Source: Podarcis filfolensis
Taxonomy: Eukaryota
Reading direction: 5' to 3' (one strand)
Length of the DNA: 64,000 nucleotides
Assembly: GCA_964270895.1 (NCBI GenBank)
Contig: OZ185442.1
A program made the position numbers and the translations under genes. Shown here in pieces: positions 1 to 12,903 of the stretch. The notes under the pieces are model-generated. The model did not search any database. It saw only the letters and a program-made list of their open reading frames with translations, and had not been told where the DNA came from. Every line of letters begins with the position of its first letter. Position 1 is the stretch's first letter.

Positions 1-417
1 TTGTGTCCACTAAGTAGTGGTGCCTCAGGGCTCCATCCTCTCCCTCATGCTTTTTAGCATCTATATGAAACCACTGGGAGAGAACCTCAGGGGGGTTGGG
101 CTGGGTGTTGACCAATAAGTGGATGAGACCCAGCTCTACCTCTCGTTTAAATTGGAACCAGTGAACATCCTGTGTGGGTGACTGGAGGCAGTTGGGGGTG
201 GATGGTGGTGAGCAGATCAAGATTAAATCCTAACAAGACAGAAATATTGTTTATGGGGAACAGGGAGCAGGTAGGTGTGGGGGGTTGGCTGGTCCTGAAT
301 GAGGTAACTGTGCCCCTAAAGGACCAGGAGCACAGCCTGGGAGACATTCTGGACTCACAGTTGTCCATGGAGGTGCAGGTCAGTTCTGTATCCAGGACAA
401 CATATACCACATCCTGA
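1..417 (+). mobile_element. L2 LINE ORF2 (reverse transcriptase) fragment, decayed
   Basis: Translates as VPQGSILSLMLFSIYMKPLGE, then Q*VDETQLYLSF (degenerate YADD motif) and LNPNKTE...LDSQLSMEVQVS. These are typical L2 RT motifs, with a stop and frameshifts. Confidence 0.9.
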
Positions 418-1867
418 AGCTTCAAATAAGCTTTGTGGAGCCAAAAGCAATACATTAATTTGCCATAAACACTGACAAGAGCATTTAAGTCAAAGGGGGT
501 GAGAGCATTTGTTCCAAGGAGGACTTCAGGGTGTTGGAAGACCCCAAATGTGTACATCAATGAAAATTGGGGGGGGGTTCCCTGCCATCCCAGTGCTCTT
601 CATAGGGCTAGGGACAGATAGCAGAAAGCTGAGATGAAATATAGAGGCAAGGATAGTTGGAAGATGATGGAGGAAAAAAAGAGTAGAGCTGAAAAAGAGA
701 ATAAAGAAGAGAAGTGAGGCTCAATCTGCCACAGCACATAATCTATGATTAACCTAAACACTGAATAATTTTTGAGGGTTTTGTGGGGGTCTTATGATCC
801 TGATTTTTGGAAATCTCAAGGGATGATTAGTGTCAGTCTTCATCACTTGGGCACCTCCACTATCCAAATCAGTGATGAAAAGATAACACCCTGAATGTAA
901 ATCTTGAACTAGGGTGTTGTAACAATGTATGAATCATTCATGCAAAGTAGATTGTATTCCCCTCCCTTCTACATATAATGCCAATGATTTTGTAAGTTCG
1001 GGAATGTGCTGGGATTGTACGGCTGTTTGTGGAAGAAGTCGAGAAACCATAAAATGTGAAAATGTAGTGCTTATTTTCTCCCTTTCTTACCACCACCCCT
1101 CCCAACACTTTCCCATTCCTTCTGAGTCAAATGGAGAAGCAGGGCCATCTGAAAAAAATGTAGCTTATATGTTTGCAGGAAGCAATACTTGTTTCTTGCT
1201 GCCAGAAGGCCAAATGAGTTTTCTCAAGTTGCTCGGCTTGGTAGCAAAAGTTCCTGTTCTACATCCCAGAACTTAAAGAGTCAAAAGTGGGAAGCCATCC
1301 TGACTAAGATACTAGATGCCTTTCCAACCTTCTCTTATATTTGGGTCATTTTAATTGATCCCAGCAGATTCCTCCACTGCTTGGGCTCCCTCAGTAAGCC
1401 CACCGTGAATCATCACCTGGAGATACTCGACTCCTTTCCTAGCAGCTGAGACAATCCCTTTGGGAAGGAAACTGCTCCTCTCTTCACTCAAGGGAAGATT
1501 ATTTAACTTCCTCCTTCCTGAGTAGCACCTCCAGAGGAGAATTGAGCAGGTTCATAGTTCTTCTTCATTATATTTCTTGCCTCTTCCTTGCTAAAGGAAG
1601 ATTCTGATGTTCACTGAAACACTACACGGCTCATGTGGCTGCTAGCTGCCTATTCCTCTGTTAAGCTAATAGTCCAGGATGGTTCATTGATGGTTCATCA
1701 ATGGGAGCTAATGAGAGAGTCTCTTGATGGTTGGACATCTCGCTGGACTCTTTCGAATGAGATAGCCATCAGGGCTAAAAGAAAGTGAAACAGGTTGATG
1801 AAACAGAGGTGGATGTGTGGGAAGCAAGAGCTGGTGAGTTTGTGGTGACAGAGGTGTGGGTTTTTAG

Positions 1868-1994
1868 CAGTGTTATTTTTCTAGAAAAAGAGGTGCTAGA
1901 ACTCACCATGAATGCCTCCCTTGTTCTCTTATAATGCCAATGGCGCCCACCTGAGAGGTGCCAGAACTGAGTACCAGATGAAAAAAAAGCCCTG
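1868..1994. mobile_element. Non-autonomous hAT MITE (cagggctttttt-type terminus)
   Basis: Perfect 8-bp TSD gtttttag at 1860-1867 and 1995-2002; imperfect TIRs cagtgttattttt / aaaaaaagccctg; second copy at 45285-45400. Confidence 0.85.
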
Positions 1995-2257
1995 GTTTTT
2001 AGCTAAAGGCTGGGAGCTTTGTTTGTTTGTTTGTTTGTTTTTGTTTGTTTGTGTGGTAGTGGGGGTATTGCCTCCTTAGAATACGCAAGGCAGCTTAGAC
2101 CAAAGCAACACAATACAAAATCAGGGGTGAGGGGAGATACAATCTAAAGCAAATAAAAATGCAATCTCCCCCCAGAAAAGCTGAACAAAACAGCTGCTAC
2201 AAGGCTCGAGTGGGTTGATAAGTTTGGTGTATTTTGGGGGAAATAAGAGGGTGGCTA

Positions 2258-2607
2258 TGGGTGGTGCTGTGGGTTAAACCACAGAGCTAGGACTTGCCAA
2301 TCAGAAGGTCGGCGGTTCGAATCCCTGCAACGGGGTGAGCTCCTGTTGCTCGGTCCCTGCTCCTGGCAACCTAGCAGTTCTAAAGCACGTCAAAGTGCAA
2401 GTAGATAAATAGGTACCGCTCCGGCGGGAAGGTAAACGGCGTTTCCATGCGCTGCTCTGGTTCGCCAGAAGCGGCTTAGTCATGCTGGCCCCATGACCCG
2501 GAAGCTGTACGCCGGCTCCCTTGGCCAGTAAAGCGAGATGAGCGCCGCAACCCCAGAGTCGGTCACGACTGGACCTAATGGTCAGGGGTCCCTTTACCTT
2601 TACCTTT
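2258..2607 (+). mobile_element. Sauria SINE, near full length
   Basis: tRNA-like head with B-box ggttcgaatccc, typical Sauria body, (ACCTTT)n tail; 13-bp TSD aagagggtggcta (2245-2257) / aagtgggtggcta (2608-2620). Confidence 0.95.
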
Positions 2608-4804
2608 AAGTGGGTGGCTAGATCCAGCTGCCTGGGAGGTGTCAGGACAGGCACCAGCTGTGGACCCTACAAGGTTTAAGAATGCCAGGATTGGACACCA
2701 ATTCAGGTGGGAAGTGATCAGGTCTTTTGGCATCTAAAGCAAATTTCTTCCTAAAGAAGCAGCTTTGGCAACAGAATAATTTACAGCTTCTCCACCTCCC
2801 TTGATTACAGTTTTGTTTGTTTGTTTAAGTTTTATATTGCCCGTGCCTCTCGTGTGCCTTTTGCAAAAATAATAATAATAATAATAATCAATGGAGGAAT
2901 AGAGGCCCTTTTAACATTGTGCATTGCTAAACAATTGTATTCACTTTCAGAAACTTCTTTTCATTTTATCTTGAAAGGAGTCCTAAGCTAAATACCAAAA
3001 AATTCCTTCACTGCCTAGCATGGCTGAGTGCACTAAAATATAAAAACCTTGATTTAAGCTTTTTTGTATTCAAAGATCATAGGCAAGCATTCATTTGAAG
3101 GTTCAGTGGCATTTTGAAATGAGAACATCATATATAAAGATGTCAGCAGTGGAGCCTCCCATGGTGAGGTTGAAAGAAAAAGAAGAACAGAATGAATAGG
3201 AGAGTTTGCAGGTTCCAAGGAATTTTAACATCTCATTACTTAGATTACTCTACATGTAATTTTCCAATATTTCATATTATAAACTTTTGAATGGTATTGG
3301 TTAAAATTACTTAATGTCTGTCATCAAGTTCTTCTTGTTCATTATCTGCCTTAAATAAAACACTTTTTTAAAAAAGCTGGTTTCAGTAGGTAAGCAATTT
3401 TCTGATAATGCAAATTCTCCGACATTTCCAAAGCTTCCGATGGGGGAGAAATGGAGACACACACAGAGAGAGAAAAAACCAGGGGGTTATCCAACCCTGA
3501 ATATTCTTGAGCAATCTCGTGTTCCAATACATGTCACTGATGGAGTATCAAAGGGAATAGCATTGCATTCCAAATGAACAGTCCATTCCTACAATCCGCT
3601 AGTCCTCCCTCCTTTCCACCACCTAACAGGGTTTAGCATTAGCAACCCTGGCATTATCATGAGATGCAATGCTTTGGATTGGTCTTTAATCCCGCTCATC
3701 AGTCAAATGAGCCACGTGATCAATGCATCACTGTCATAAGTTGCAGCACCCATAGATGGGTCTCCACATTTGGCCTGAGATCTATCTTGTGCGCAGTATT
3801 GATCCAGTGAAATCAAGGTCAGGGATGAGCTCACCAGTCCAACTTGTGTCATGAAATTTGTGCTTCCATCTTTCAACTCGTGCTTCTGTAGCTTGGCCAG
3901 AGAGTGGCTATAAAGACAATGCGTGTGCCGGGGGAGAAAAATATGGTTCCTTGGGTGTCTGAAATTTTAAACAATTTCTCATTGCAAGACGTGATTCATA
4001 TTTTGTGACTGTCTTTAAAATGCTGAAGCTATGGTACCTGCTGCCCTTGATGACTTCAATGAAGTAGCATTTGTATCTTCTGCATTGTGTTAATCAATCA
4101 GCAAATCTCTCCTTATCCCTATCAGCGCCATGGTAGGAAGTATTTCTGCAGAGTAAATTCAACAGAAAACAGCAAAATCTCAGAAATAAGACCTAAAAGG
4201 ACATGGTACTCTCTTAATCCCGCTGGGGGAGCAGAGCCCAGGAGTACAATGGTTCTGCACACATGGAAGTCATTCACTGCAATCTTACAGACCAATCCCC
4301 ATGCCTTGCACTGGTCCCTGCATTGGGGGAAGGGTGTTAAGGCAATGCAGTCTCTAAAGGTCTTAATCCAGTCCTGCTTGGATCTGCTAACATTCCATTT
4401 CATTGGATATCCATGAGTTCTGGAGATGTCAGTGATTGGATCTGGGACCTTCTGAGTACAAAAGCTGTACCACTGAGCTTTAGCTAGTGTGGGAGGGCTG
4501 CAGGGGAATCTGTTGAAATCACCTCCCCTTCTCTTCTACTGACAGAAGGCACCAGCTGGATCAAAAGCCCTTCCATGAGCCACATTTGGATTTCACCCCA
4601 TGCCTGTCACAGATACAGCTGGCCAGTCATCTTTCAAGACCTAACTTCTTAGCTTGCAGGCTACTCATTGAAAGAACAAGCCATGTAGCTGTTCATGTCC
4701 AGTTTCTGGTGAAGCTTGAAAGCTGGGGGACATGGAGGTGGGGAGGAGCAAGGAAGAGGGAGTGTCTTGAAATCCATTTACATTTATTTAGCATTCCTTA
4801 GACT

Positions 4805-4932
4805 TTGTCATGCTGGCCACATGACCCAGAAGCTGTACGCCGGCTCCCTCGGTCAGTAAAGCGAGATGAGCGCCGCAACCCCAGAGTCGTCCATGACTGG
4901 ACGTAATTGTCGGGGTCCCTTTACATTTACCT
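4805..4932 (+). mobile_element. Sauria SINE, 5'-truncated
   Basis: Matches the 3' third of the 2258-2607 copy; ACCTTT tail; 7-bp TSD ttagact at 4798-4804 and 4933-4939. Confidence 0.92.
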
Positions 4933-5369
4933 TTAGACTGTAAAATAAAAGGAAATGGGGGACCAGAAGAAATGAAGCAATGTGGAGATAAGCAGCCAGT
5001 CTTCCTTCTCAGAAACTCCAAATAAAAAAATTACTCAACCCCAACAAACCAGATGTATAAACTTTGAGGCAATTCAGGAGATTGTTTTTCCCTTCCCTCC
5101 CCCCTTTTTTTGGATGTTCCTCTTTTTTGAATGTAGTTCCTAAACAGTGAGGTACCTGACTGTTCGCCAACACCTTTTTTTCCTTTTGTTGCAGCTGGAT
5201 CCAAATCTCACCTATAAATAAATGTGATGCATTGATTCAAACATATTTGTTTTAAATGTTTGCTCATCAGTATTTCGAATCACTCCAGCGGCCAGTTTTG
5301 TGCCCCCAAAGATGGATTTCTGTTCGTGTTTCTTGAACAGGGGTTCAGCACCCCAAGAGTCATGTGGCC

Positions 5370-5440
5370 ATAGAATTCCATGTGTCGATTTGGAAGGTAC
5401 CCAAAGGGTCCTCTAGTCCACCTCCCTGCGATGCTAGGAA
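5370..5440 (-). mobile_element. CR1 LINE 3' tail fragment
   Basis: catagaatt...ttggaaggtacccaaagggtcctctagtcca resembles the reverse complement of the CR1 3' ends at 15510 and 9556. Confidence 0.6.
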
Positions 5441-5521
5441 AATTCATTTTGGAAAAACCATCTGTCCCTTTACTAAAAGAACTAGAACAGTTCATATTCG
5501 GATGACAGTTCATATTCATCC

Positions 5522-5732
5522 NNNNNNNNNNNNNNNNNNNNNNNNNNNNNNNNNNNNNNNNNNNNNNNNNNNNNNNNNNNNNNNNNNNNNNNNNNNNNNN
5601 NNNNNNNNNNNNNNNNNNNNNNNNNNNNNNNNNNNNNNNNNNNNNNNNNNNNNNNNNNNNNNNNNNNNNNNNNNNNNNNNNNNNNNNNNNNNNNNNNNNN
5701 NNNNNNNNNNNNNNNNNNNNNNNNNNNNNNNN
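5522..5732. other. Assembly gap (211 N)
   Basis: Run of N. Confidence 1.
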
Positions 5733-5924
5733 ATATGCTGACATGATATATACATGGGAACATTAATTGTCAAATTTATTTCACCTAGCAAATATGATCA
5801 TTAAACTTAAAGGCCCAAAGATTTTAAAGAGTAAGATCCACATGTAAGAGAATGAACTAACAAGAACAGACTGAACTTGAAAGTGAACTAGAAACTGTTC
5901 AAAGTTCTACCCCAAAATGAACTG

Positions 5925-6145
5925 GTGTAATGTACTGTTTAGAGTGCAAGGCTAGGACCTGGGAAAGACCAGGTCCCCACTTGGCCATGAAGCTCGCTGG
6001 GTATGATGTTGGAGGTCAGTCACTGCCTCTCAGCCTAGCCTACCTCACAGGGTTGTTGTGTCAATTAAAAGAGAACCATGTATGTGACTTTGAGCTCCTT
6101 GGAGGAAAAAGCGGGATAGAAATGCAGCAAAAAAATAATAAACTT
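5925..6145 (+). mobile_element. Old tRNA-derived SINE (Squam3/MIR-like, L2-type tail)
   Basis: Core cagtcactgcctctcagcctagcctacctcacagggttgttgtg is shared with copies at 32818 and 46302; A-rich tail. Confidence 0.75.
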
Positions 6146-7305
6146 ACTTCAGGTTCATTCACCCAGCAGTTATGAGAGCTACTCTCAAATGTACTTCTGA
6201 GATTTTGGAATGAATTTGGTGAACTGGCCTAGTGCCTTCGAAGCACTACATGGGACACTGAAGGAAGTCTCAGATTGAGGGAAGCCTCAAAAGCTTTTGA
6301 ATTCTTATTGAGTTGGATATCAGTGCGGGGGGGGGGGGGGAGCTTTCCTGTAATCCAAAGGGAAGGTAGGGGGTGGGGGTGGGGTGGAGATAGATAGATA
6401 GATGATAGATAGATATCTCCATCCATCCTACAATAAAATGGCTTCTTGGATACTTGCCAATATATTTATCTACGGCACATGTCAAACACTAATGAGAATT
6501 TCTGAAGTAATCTGAAGTAATCCCTGAAATTATAAAAGGGGAGGCACACGACACAATTATACCCATTTTGATTTTTGTTGTACATTTTGAGAATAACTGA
6601 AATGTGTCTTTTGTTTTCCCCAAACGCTGCTCATATCTTCAGCCTTTATTCTTCCCCAAGCAATAAATTAAACTTCATCTCTGTTTATTTTCAGTAACCC
6701 CCATCTCAGTTTCCTTTGCTGTGCACAGAGGCACGGGGGGGGGGGGGGGATCTCCTGCTATATAGTTCAGGAGAGCCGTCCCTGCAGCTTTGGAACTGCA
6801 CCGTTTATTTTGAAAAGATTAAGCCCATTAACTGTTTGAACTTTGCCAGTTCAAATTTAGTCTTCCTGCCAAAACCAGCTTAAATATTTTGAAACGCAGC
6901 CCTTCGCGAGACCACCTACAAGTTGGAAAGAGACATGTTTAAAAACATTACGAGGCTCAGAAACCTCCAGTATAGTTTCTTTTTTACATAGTGGCAAAAA
7001 TAAGTTGGGGGGAGGCAGGTTTCAAATTACAACCCCCCCCCCGAAAATATAATGTGAGGGCCACTCCCTAGGGCATTATCTGTCTTTTCCCCCCCTCCAT
7101 GTTGGTTTGAGACTTACCCTTTCACTCTCCTGCAGTGTGAGATGGAAGAGAAATCTCTGAGGTCCTATGACCCATAACAGGAAGATAGGTTCTGAGGCCA
7201 GGCAGACAGCACACCCAGGTTAAGGAAGGTAGGAAGAGACAGTCTCGATGCTCAGTTGTGTTTTTATATTGTAAACTGACCTGGTATCATCCGATGAAAG
7301 GCCGG

Positions 7306-7687
7306 NNNNNNNNNNNNNNNNNNNNNNNNNNNNNNNNNNNNNNNNNNNNNNNNNNNNNNNNNNNNNNNNNNNNNNNNNNNNNNNNNNNNNNNNNNNNNNN
7401 NNNNNNNNNNNNNNNNNNNNNNNNNNNNNNNNNNNNNNNNNNNNNNNNNNNNNNNNNNNNNNNNNNNNNNNNNNNNNNNNNNNNNNNNNNNNNNNNNNNN
7501 NNNNNNNNNNNNNNNNNNNNNNNNNNNNNNNNNNNNNNNNNNNNNNNNNNNNNNNNNNNNNNNNNNNNNNNNNNNNNNNNNNNNNNNNNNNNNNNNNNNN
7601 NNNNNNNNNNNNNNNNNNNNNNNNNNNNNNNNNNNNNNNNNNNNNNNNNNNNNNNNNNNNNNNNNNNNNNNNNNNNNNNNNNNNNNN
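7306..7687. other. Assembly gap (382 N)
   Basis: Run of N. Confidence 1.
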
Positions 7688-8490
7688 TAAAAGGGGTATT
7701 ACTGAGTTGGGGAAAGTTCAGAAAAGGGAAATCAAAATGATCAAGGGGATGGAGCAACATCCCTATGAAGAAAGGTTGCAATGTTCGGGACTTTTTAGTT
7801 TAGAGAAAATGCAAGTAGATACAGGTTTACAAAATTAAGCATGGTATGGAGAAAGTAGAGAGAAATAAGTTTTGATTCCCTCTCTCACAACACTGCAACT
7901 CATGCACATGAAATGAACTGAAGGCTGGAAGATTCAAGACAGATACAAGGAAGTCCTTCACACAGTGCAAAGTTAAGCTATGGAACTTGCACCCACAGGA
8001 GGCAGTGATAGCCATCAACTTGGGTGGCTTGAGCTGGTCTTTGACCATAATAAATTATCTATCTATCTACTTGGGTGGCTTTAAAAGAGGATCAGACAAA
8101 TTCATGGAGGAGAGGGCCATGAATTGTTACTAGTAATGATGGCTATGGTCAGCCTCCACAAAAAGAGGCAGCAATGCTTCTCGAATACCAGTTGCTGGAA
8201 ACCACAGGAAGAGAAAGTTCTCTTGTGCTCAGGTCCTGCTTGCAGTGTTCCCATATGGTTATGTGGTTGGCCACTGTGATAACAGAATGATGGACTAGAT
8301 CAGGCATAGGCAAACTCAGCCCTCCAGATGTTTTGAGACTACAATTCCCATCATCCCTGACCACTGGTCCTGTTAGCTAGGGATGATGGGAGTTGTAGTC
8401 CCCAAACACCTGGAGGGCCAAGATTGCTTATGCCTGGACTAGATGGGCCACTGGCCTGTTCCAGCAGGCTCTGCTTCTGCTCTTATATAA
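7688..8490 (+). mobile_element. CR1 LINE 3' portion (long-3'UTR family), interrupted by a URR1-like MITE
   Basis: Decayed ORF2 end (gaaagttcagaaaagggaaatcaaaatgatcaaggggatggag), then 3'UTR ...gataacagaatgatggactagat[MITE]gggccactggcc, shared with copies at 30469, 41330 and 51720. Confidence 0.88.
8301..8436. mobile_element. URR1-like hAT MITE
   Basis: TIRs caggcataggcaa / ttgcttatgcctg; internal palindrome gactacaattccc...gggagttgtagtc; perfect 8-bp TSD gactagat at 8293-8300 and 8437-8444. Confidence 0.93.
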
Positions 8491-9199
8491 GGAGCACATC
8501 TGTGATGTTGCTTTTGAGTCAACCCTCCAAATACAGAGTCAGATCGAACTCTCCTCCACACGTGGTGACAATATTTGTGTTTAAAATAAACAAATATTGT
8601 GCCTAAATGAAAGGAGAAACTACCCACATAGAGATAAGTTTTAAGTGGGGGGGAAGAGAAGAAAATATTGGGCATGGAGGGAAGCACAGAGGGAAATATT
8701 CCAATTCATTTATAAACAATGAGGTTTGCTTTCCTGCCTCGCCAGCATAATTCCCCTTTGCTGACAAGATGCTAGTTTCAAGAATTATCAGCAATTGTCA
8801 GGATGAGTCCGTTTTATGTAAATGGAATCGTTATTATTAATTTCTGCTGGTGCTGAACGATTTATGAAGTGCTTTTGGATATAGAAACATGATTCATGAA
8901 TCAGAAGGGCGGGTGGGGGGATGTTCAAAAAGATCCTGAGTTGATAAATAACATCTCTCATTCATGATTCCCGCCCATGGAGTCTTTTATCTTCAAGAAA
9001 GGAGATTGCTCAGAACAAGGAAATGATGATATGCCAACACCCCTTTAAAAAATGAAAACAAGAAAGCAAGCAAAGGACTGAAAAGGCAAAGTAAAGATGC
9101 AAAATATGTGGCCCTCCAGATTGAACCTCATCCCCCCTCCCCATGTCATTGGCCATGCCAGCTGGGACTGCTGGTAGCTGGAACATGGAGGGCTACATA

Positions 9200-9556
9200 G
9201 AGAGAGTTGGGTATGTTTAGCCTAGAGAGGAGAAGACTGAGAGTTTATAGCATAGCCAATTTTCGGATATATGAATGGTTGTCACATGGAAGGCGGAACA
9301 AGCTTCTTTTCTGCTGCTGCAAAGGGAGGGGGGTGGGTCCAGACGGGTGGATCCAAATTACAAGAAAGGAGATTCTGACTAAACATCAGGAAGAACTTTT
9401 TGACACCTCTCGGAAGGTGGTGAACTCTCCTTCAGTGGAGATTTTTAAGCAGAGCTTGGATGGGAGATTCTGTAACTGTGATTCCTGTATCGCAGAGAGT
9501 TGGACTAGATGACCACTGGGACTCCTTCCAACTCTACAGTTCTGTTATTCTATATG
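9200..9556 (+). mobile_element. CR1 LINE 3' end
   Basis: LGMFSLERRRLR motif of the CR1 ORF2 C-terminus; ends ccttccaactctacagttctgttattcta. Confidence 0.9.
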
Positions 9557-11117
9557 ATTTGCCCACCTAGATGAGCATTTTCTACTGGGACCAGCAACAG
9601 TTCTGTATGGTCTCAGGAAGAGGTCTTCATCCTGCTACATTGTGACATCCTTTTAACAGAAGGTGCCAGAGGCAGAGCCTCGGACCACCTGCAGACAAAT
9701 CGTTACGTCTACTCTAGAGCTGTGATCCTTCCTCAAAGAACTGCTGTCATTCAATAGTGGTGACCCACAATAACATTACTATTATACCTTTAAATTACTG
9801 GCAATTTGGGTGCCATATTGTTGGTATGTTGTTGGGCTTGTAGAACAAGGAATGGCTTGAACAAAACAAGCTCCTCATTTCTCACGAAATTCAATCAAAA
9901 TTCTATCGTGAAAAATACATTAGTCTTGCTCCTTCCTTCCTTCCTTCCATTCCTCTGAAGTTCAAATCCCCTCCAAGTCTATGTATTCCACAGACTGTAG
10001 TTTTCTGTCTACTGAAAGATGTAATGGCTGCTCCTTTTATGGGAAACCAAGATTTAATCCAGTAAGTCTGTACGAATCAATATCCCTGTGAAATGACACC
10101 ATGTTCGAGTTATTTTATGTTATGTTGATGGTTAGCTAATTTTGTAATGGAGACATTTCTTCTGGAAGCAGACATAGTATAATTTAGTGGTAAAAACGTC
10201 AATCTTTAAGGGTTGTAGGCCTGCTTCGGAGCAGGAAGAGGGCAGATTTATTGATGGAAACGTATCTATATACTCTTTGTGGTCCTTTGACCTATAATAT
10301 CCATTTTGGTTATAATTTTGTTTTGTGAAAATGACATCAACCACAATCACTAATGTAGAAATGACACTGGAATGCTTTGTTCATCTGACCTGATTTAAAA
10401 GTCTTGCTGCTGCGTCTACGGTAACAGCTTCTCAATGGAAAATAAATTAAAGCCCAGATTTTAAGCACTCTTCCCACTTCTGGCAAAGAAAGATCGCAGC
10501 AAGAGGAAGGAACACATGCGTTGCGCAGAGCAAATCCAGATTTGCCACCAACTCAGCCAGTCACGGCTGAAGGGTATGCTTTTGTGATGCACAGGAGAGC
10601 AAATTATAATTCTTCCTTTAGGTCTACACTTAAAATATTGTAGATACCACGTTTGCAAACCCTGTGCTTAGCACTTTCCAGGCATCGGCAAACAGCTGAT
10701 TTCATTCCACAAGAGCAAGGATGGGTCACCTGATGTCACTGTGATTGACAATTGAGTGATCCCACCCCCCTGTGAAACTGGGGTCCGGTTTTCTTCTCCT
10801 TGTTTATGGGTTGGATCCAGAGTTCCATGAATGGAGTTCTTCTCTTGTAACAGGGCTTCTCTCTGTCCCAGTGTCCCCCTCACATTCACCCTCATCTCCC
10901 ACCAGAGTCTGCCATCCCAGGACTGAGCCCAGAGCTGCTACATGAATCATGACATCACTTTCATGTTTTGTTCAGAGATTTTGTACCACCTTCAGTGAAG
11001 TTACTCAGTCAAACAGTTTCACTCCAAGTATTGATCTGAACAAGGAAGATCCATGGCTCATAGCCCTTGCCAGACCCCTCTTCTTCCATGAATGTTCTTA
11101 TAATCCATTATTCTTGT

Positions 11118-11605
11118 TACTATTACTATTGTTATTATAATATTTATTTATATGCCAGCTTTTCCCCGGACTGGGACACAAGGTGGCTTACGCAAATTAA
11201 AATGCAGATAAAATACAGAAAGCTAAAAGCATATAGGTACACTTGTATAAAAGTAATTAAACTCTAATAGAACTAAAACAACATACAAACAAATCTATTA
11301 AAATACAGATAGCAAAACCCTTTGACAACCCTGTCCTTAAAAAACAGTCAGTTCTGCAAAGCCTGTCAGAATAAAATAGGCTTCGCCTGCCAGACAAAGG
11401 ACAACAAGGAGGGAGCCAGTCTGGCTTCTGTAGGGAGGGAGTTCCAAAGTCTGGGACCAGCCACCAATAAGGCCCTCTCCTGTGTCCCCACCAAGTGTGT
11501 CTGTGAGGGTGGCAGGTGGCAGGACTTAGAGAAGGACCTCCTCTGAAAATCTCAGAGCCTGGGCAGGTTCATGTAGGAGAATACAATCCTTCAGATAGCC
11601 TGGAC
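11118..11605 (-). mobile_element. L2 LINE 3' end
   Basis: agggagttccaaagtctgggaccagccaccaataaggccctctc (reverse of the RAFSVxAPxLWNSLP region); TAT-rich tail at the left. Confidence 0.8.
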
Positions 11606-12243
11606 ATTAGCAGTGGTCATCACTACACCTTGTGGCAGTGAATCTTGTAAGTTCCTTAAGCATCATGGGAAGAATTACTTTTTTATTTTGCCTAGCTTGT
11701 TAAAACATTCATTGAGAAGGCTGACTTTTTCTGGATGTTTGGGGAGACTTCTAAGAAACACATGTTCTTTATAGGAAAAAGAGAGTGCAAGAGAGGGGAC
11801 GAGGAAAAAGGAAAGAGACATGCACTGTTCATTTTCAGCCAGAGCTGCCGGTGAGCTGGCTGTATTTTTTTTCTTTCTTTGAAGGAAACCTGGACACACT
11901 CGTAGATCCCCCCCCACCCCCACAACCTGGCTCCCCTCTGCCTGCTCCTTCCCAGTTTGCCTAAAATTGCTATTTTAGCTCTGCTGTTTTGCATGGCTAA
12001 ATATCTCTACAGTATCTCATTCACACTGCTCGTAAAAGATCACATCACAAAAGTGCCTGGAAAATAAAATTTCATTGAAAGGGGACCCATCAAGTTTAAA
12101 TGGAGGTTTATATTGCAGCATTATGAGAATAAGGCTTGCACATTTGCAACTCCCCTGGCGGAAAAGTGAAACTCAGAACAATTAAAGCCACACAGACATC
12201 CTGTCTTGAAAGGCTGCAACAAGCTTTTTAAAAAGCTGTGGTG

Positions 12244-12245
<2 letters not shown>

Positions 12246-12291
<46 letters not shown>
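12246..12291. repeat. (CT)n microsatellite
   Basis: Direct reading. Confidence 0.98.
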
Positions 12292-12295
<4 letters not shown>

Positions 12296-12561
12296 CTGCT
12301 GGGCCTGTTCTTCATTTAACTCTGTGTCTTTATTAGCCAACAAAATCTTGGCTGCTTCATCATGAGGATGAACCAATGAATGTGCAAGCAGTCTGGTTGT
12401 TACTTAAATCCGGAGAATGTTTCAAACTCTTCTTCCCTGTATGGTAATCCATTATTTAGGTCAGAAATGCCAATCAACATTAGGATGTTATTTATGGAGA
12501 GAAGCTCAATATGTCAGATTAGAGGGGGAGGGCACATGTCTCAGGAAACTACAAAATGGTT

Positions 12562-12903
12562 ATGGGTGGGAGGATAATTCAATTCAGTTTGCATCTCAGG
12601 TGAGCCTTCCAAAATTCCCAATTTCTGAACCAAAACACAGACATCCTTCAAAATTTGCAGCCTGGCAAAGTTTGCAATGCAGTTCTCCAACCAAGTAACG
12701 TGTACAAAATGCATATACTGGAGTAAAGTGTGCATAAAAATGCACATCTTCATGAAACTATTATGCAAAAATGTACTCTATCGAAGAAAATTGGTTTACA
12801 CAGAAGTGTACATTAGGCAATTTTACCTAGAACAAAATTGTATATTCAGAGAAATTCTCACTGAAATGCTGGTGAATATTCAACAGATCAGATTTGGTCC
12901 TAA
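12562..12903. mobile_element. Decayed non-autonomous DNA element (tagggatg-terminus family)
   Basis: Similar along its length to 48750-49131 (aattcaattc..., ccttcaaaattt..., ttgcaatgca.ttctc..., aaaatgca repeats). Confidence 0.65.

Noticed and set aside
5280-7781. ORFs spanning X residues
   Set aside because: Artefacts of the two N gaps.
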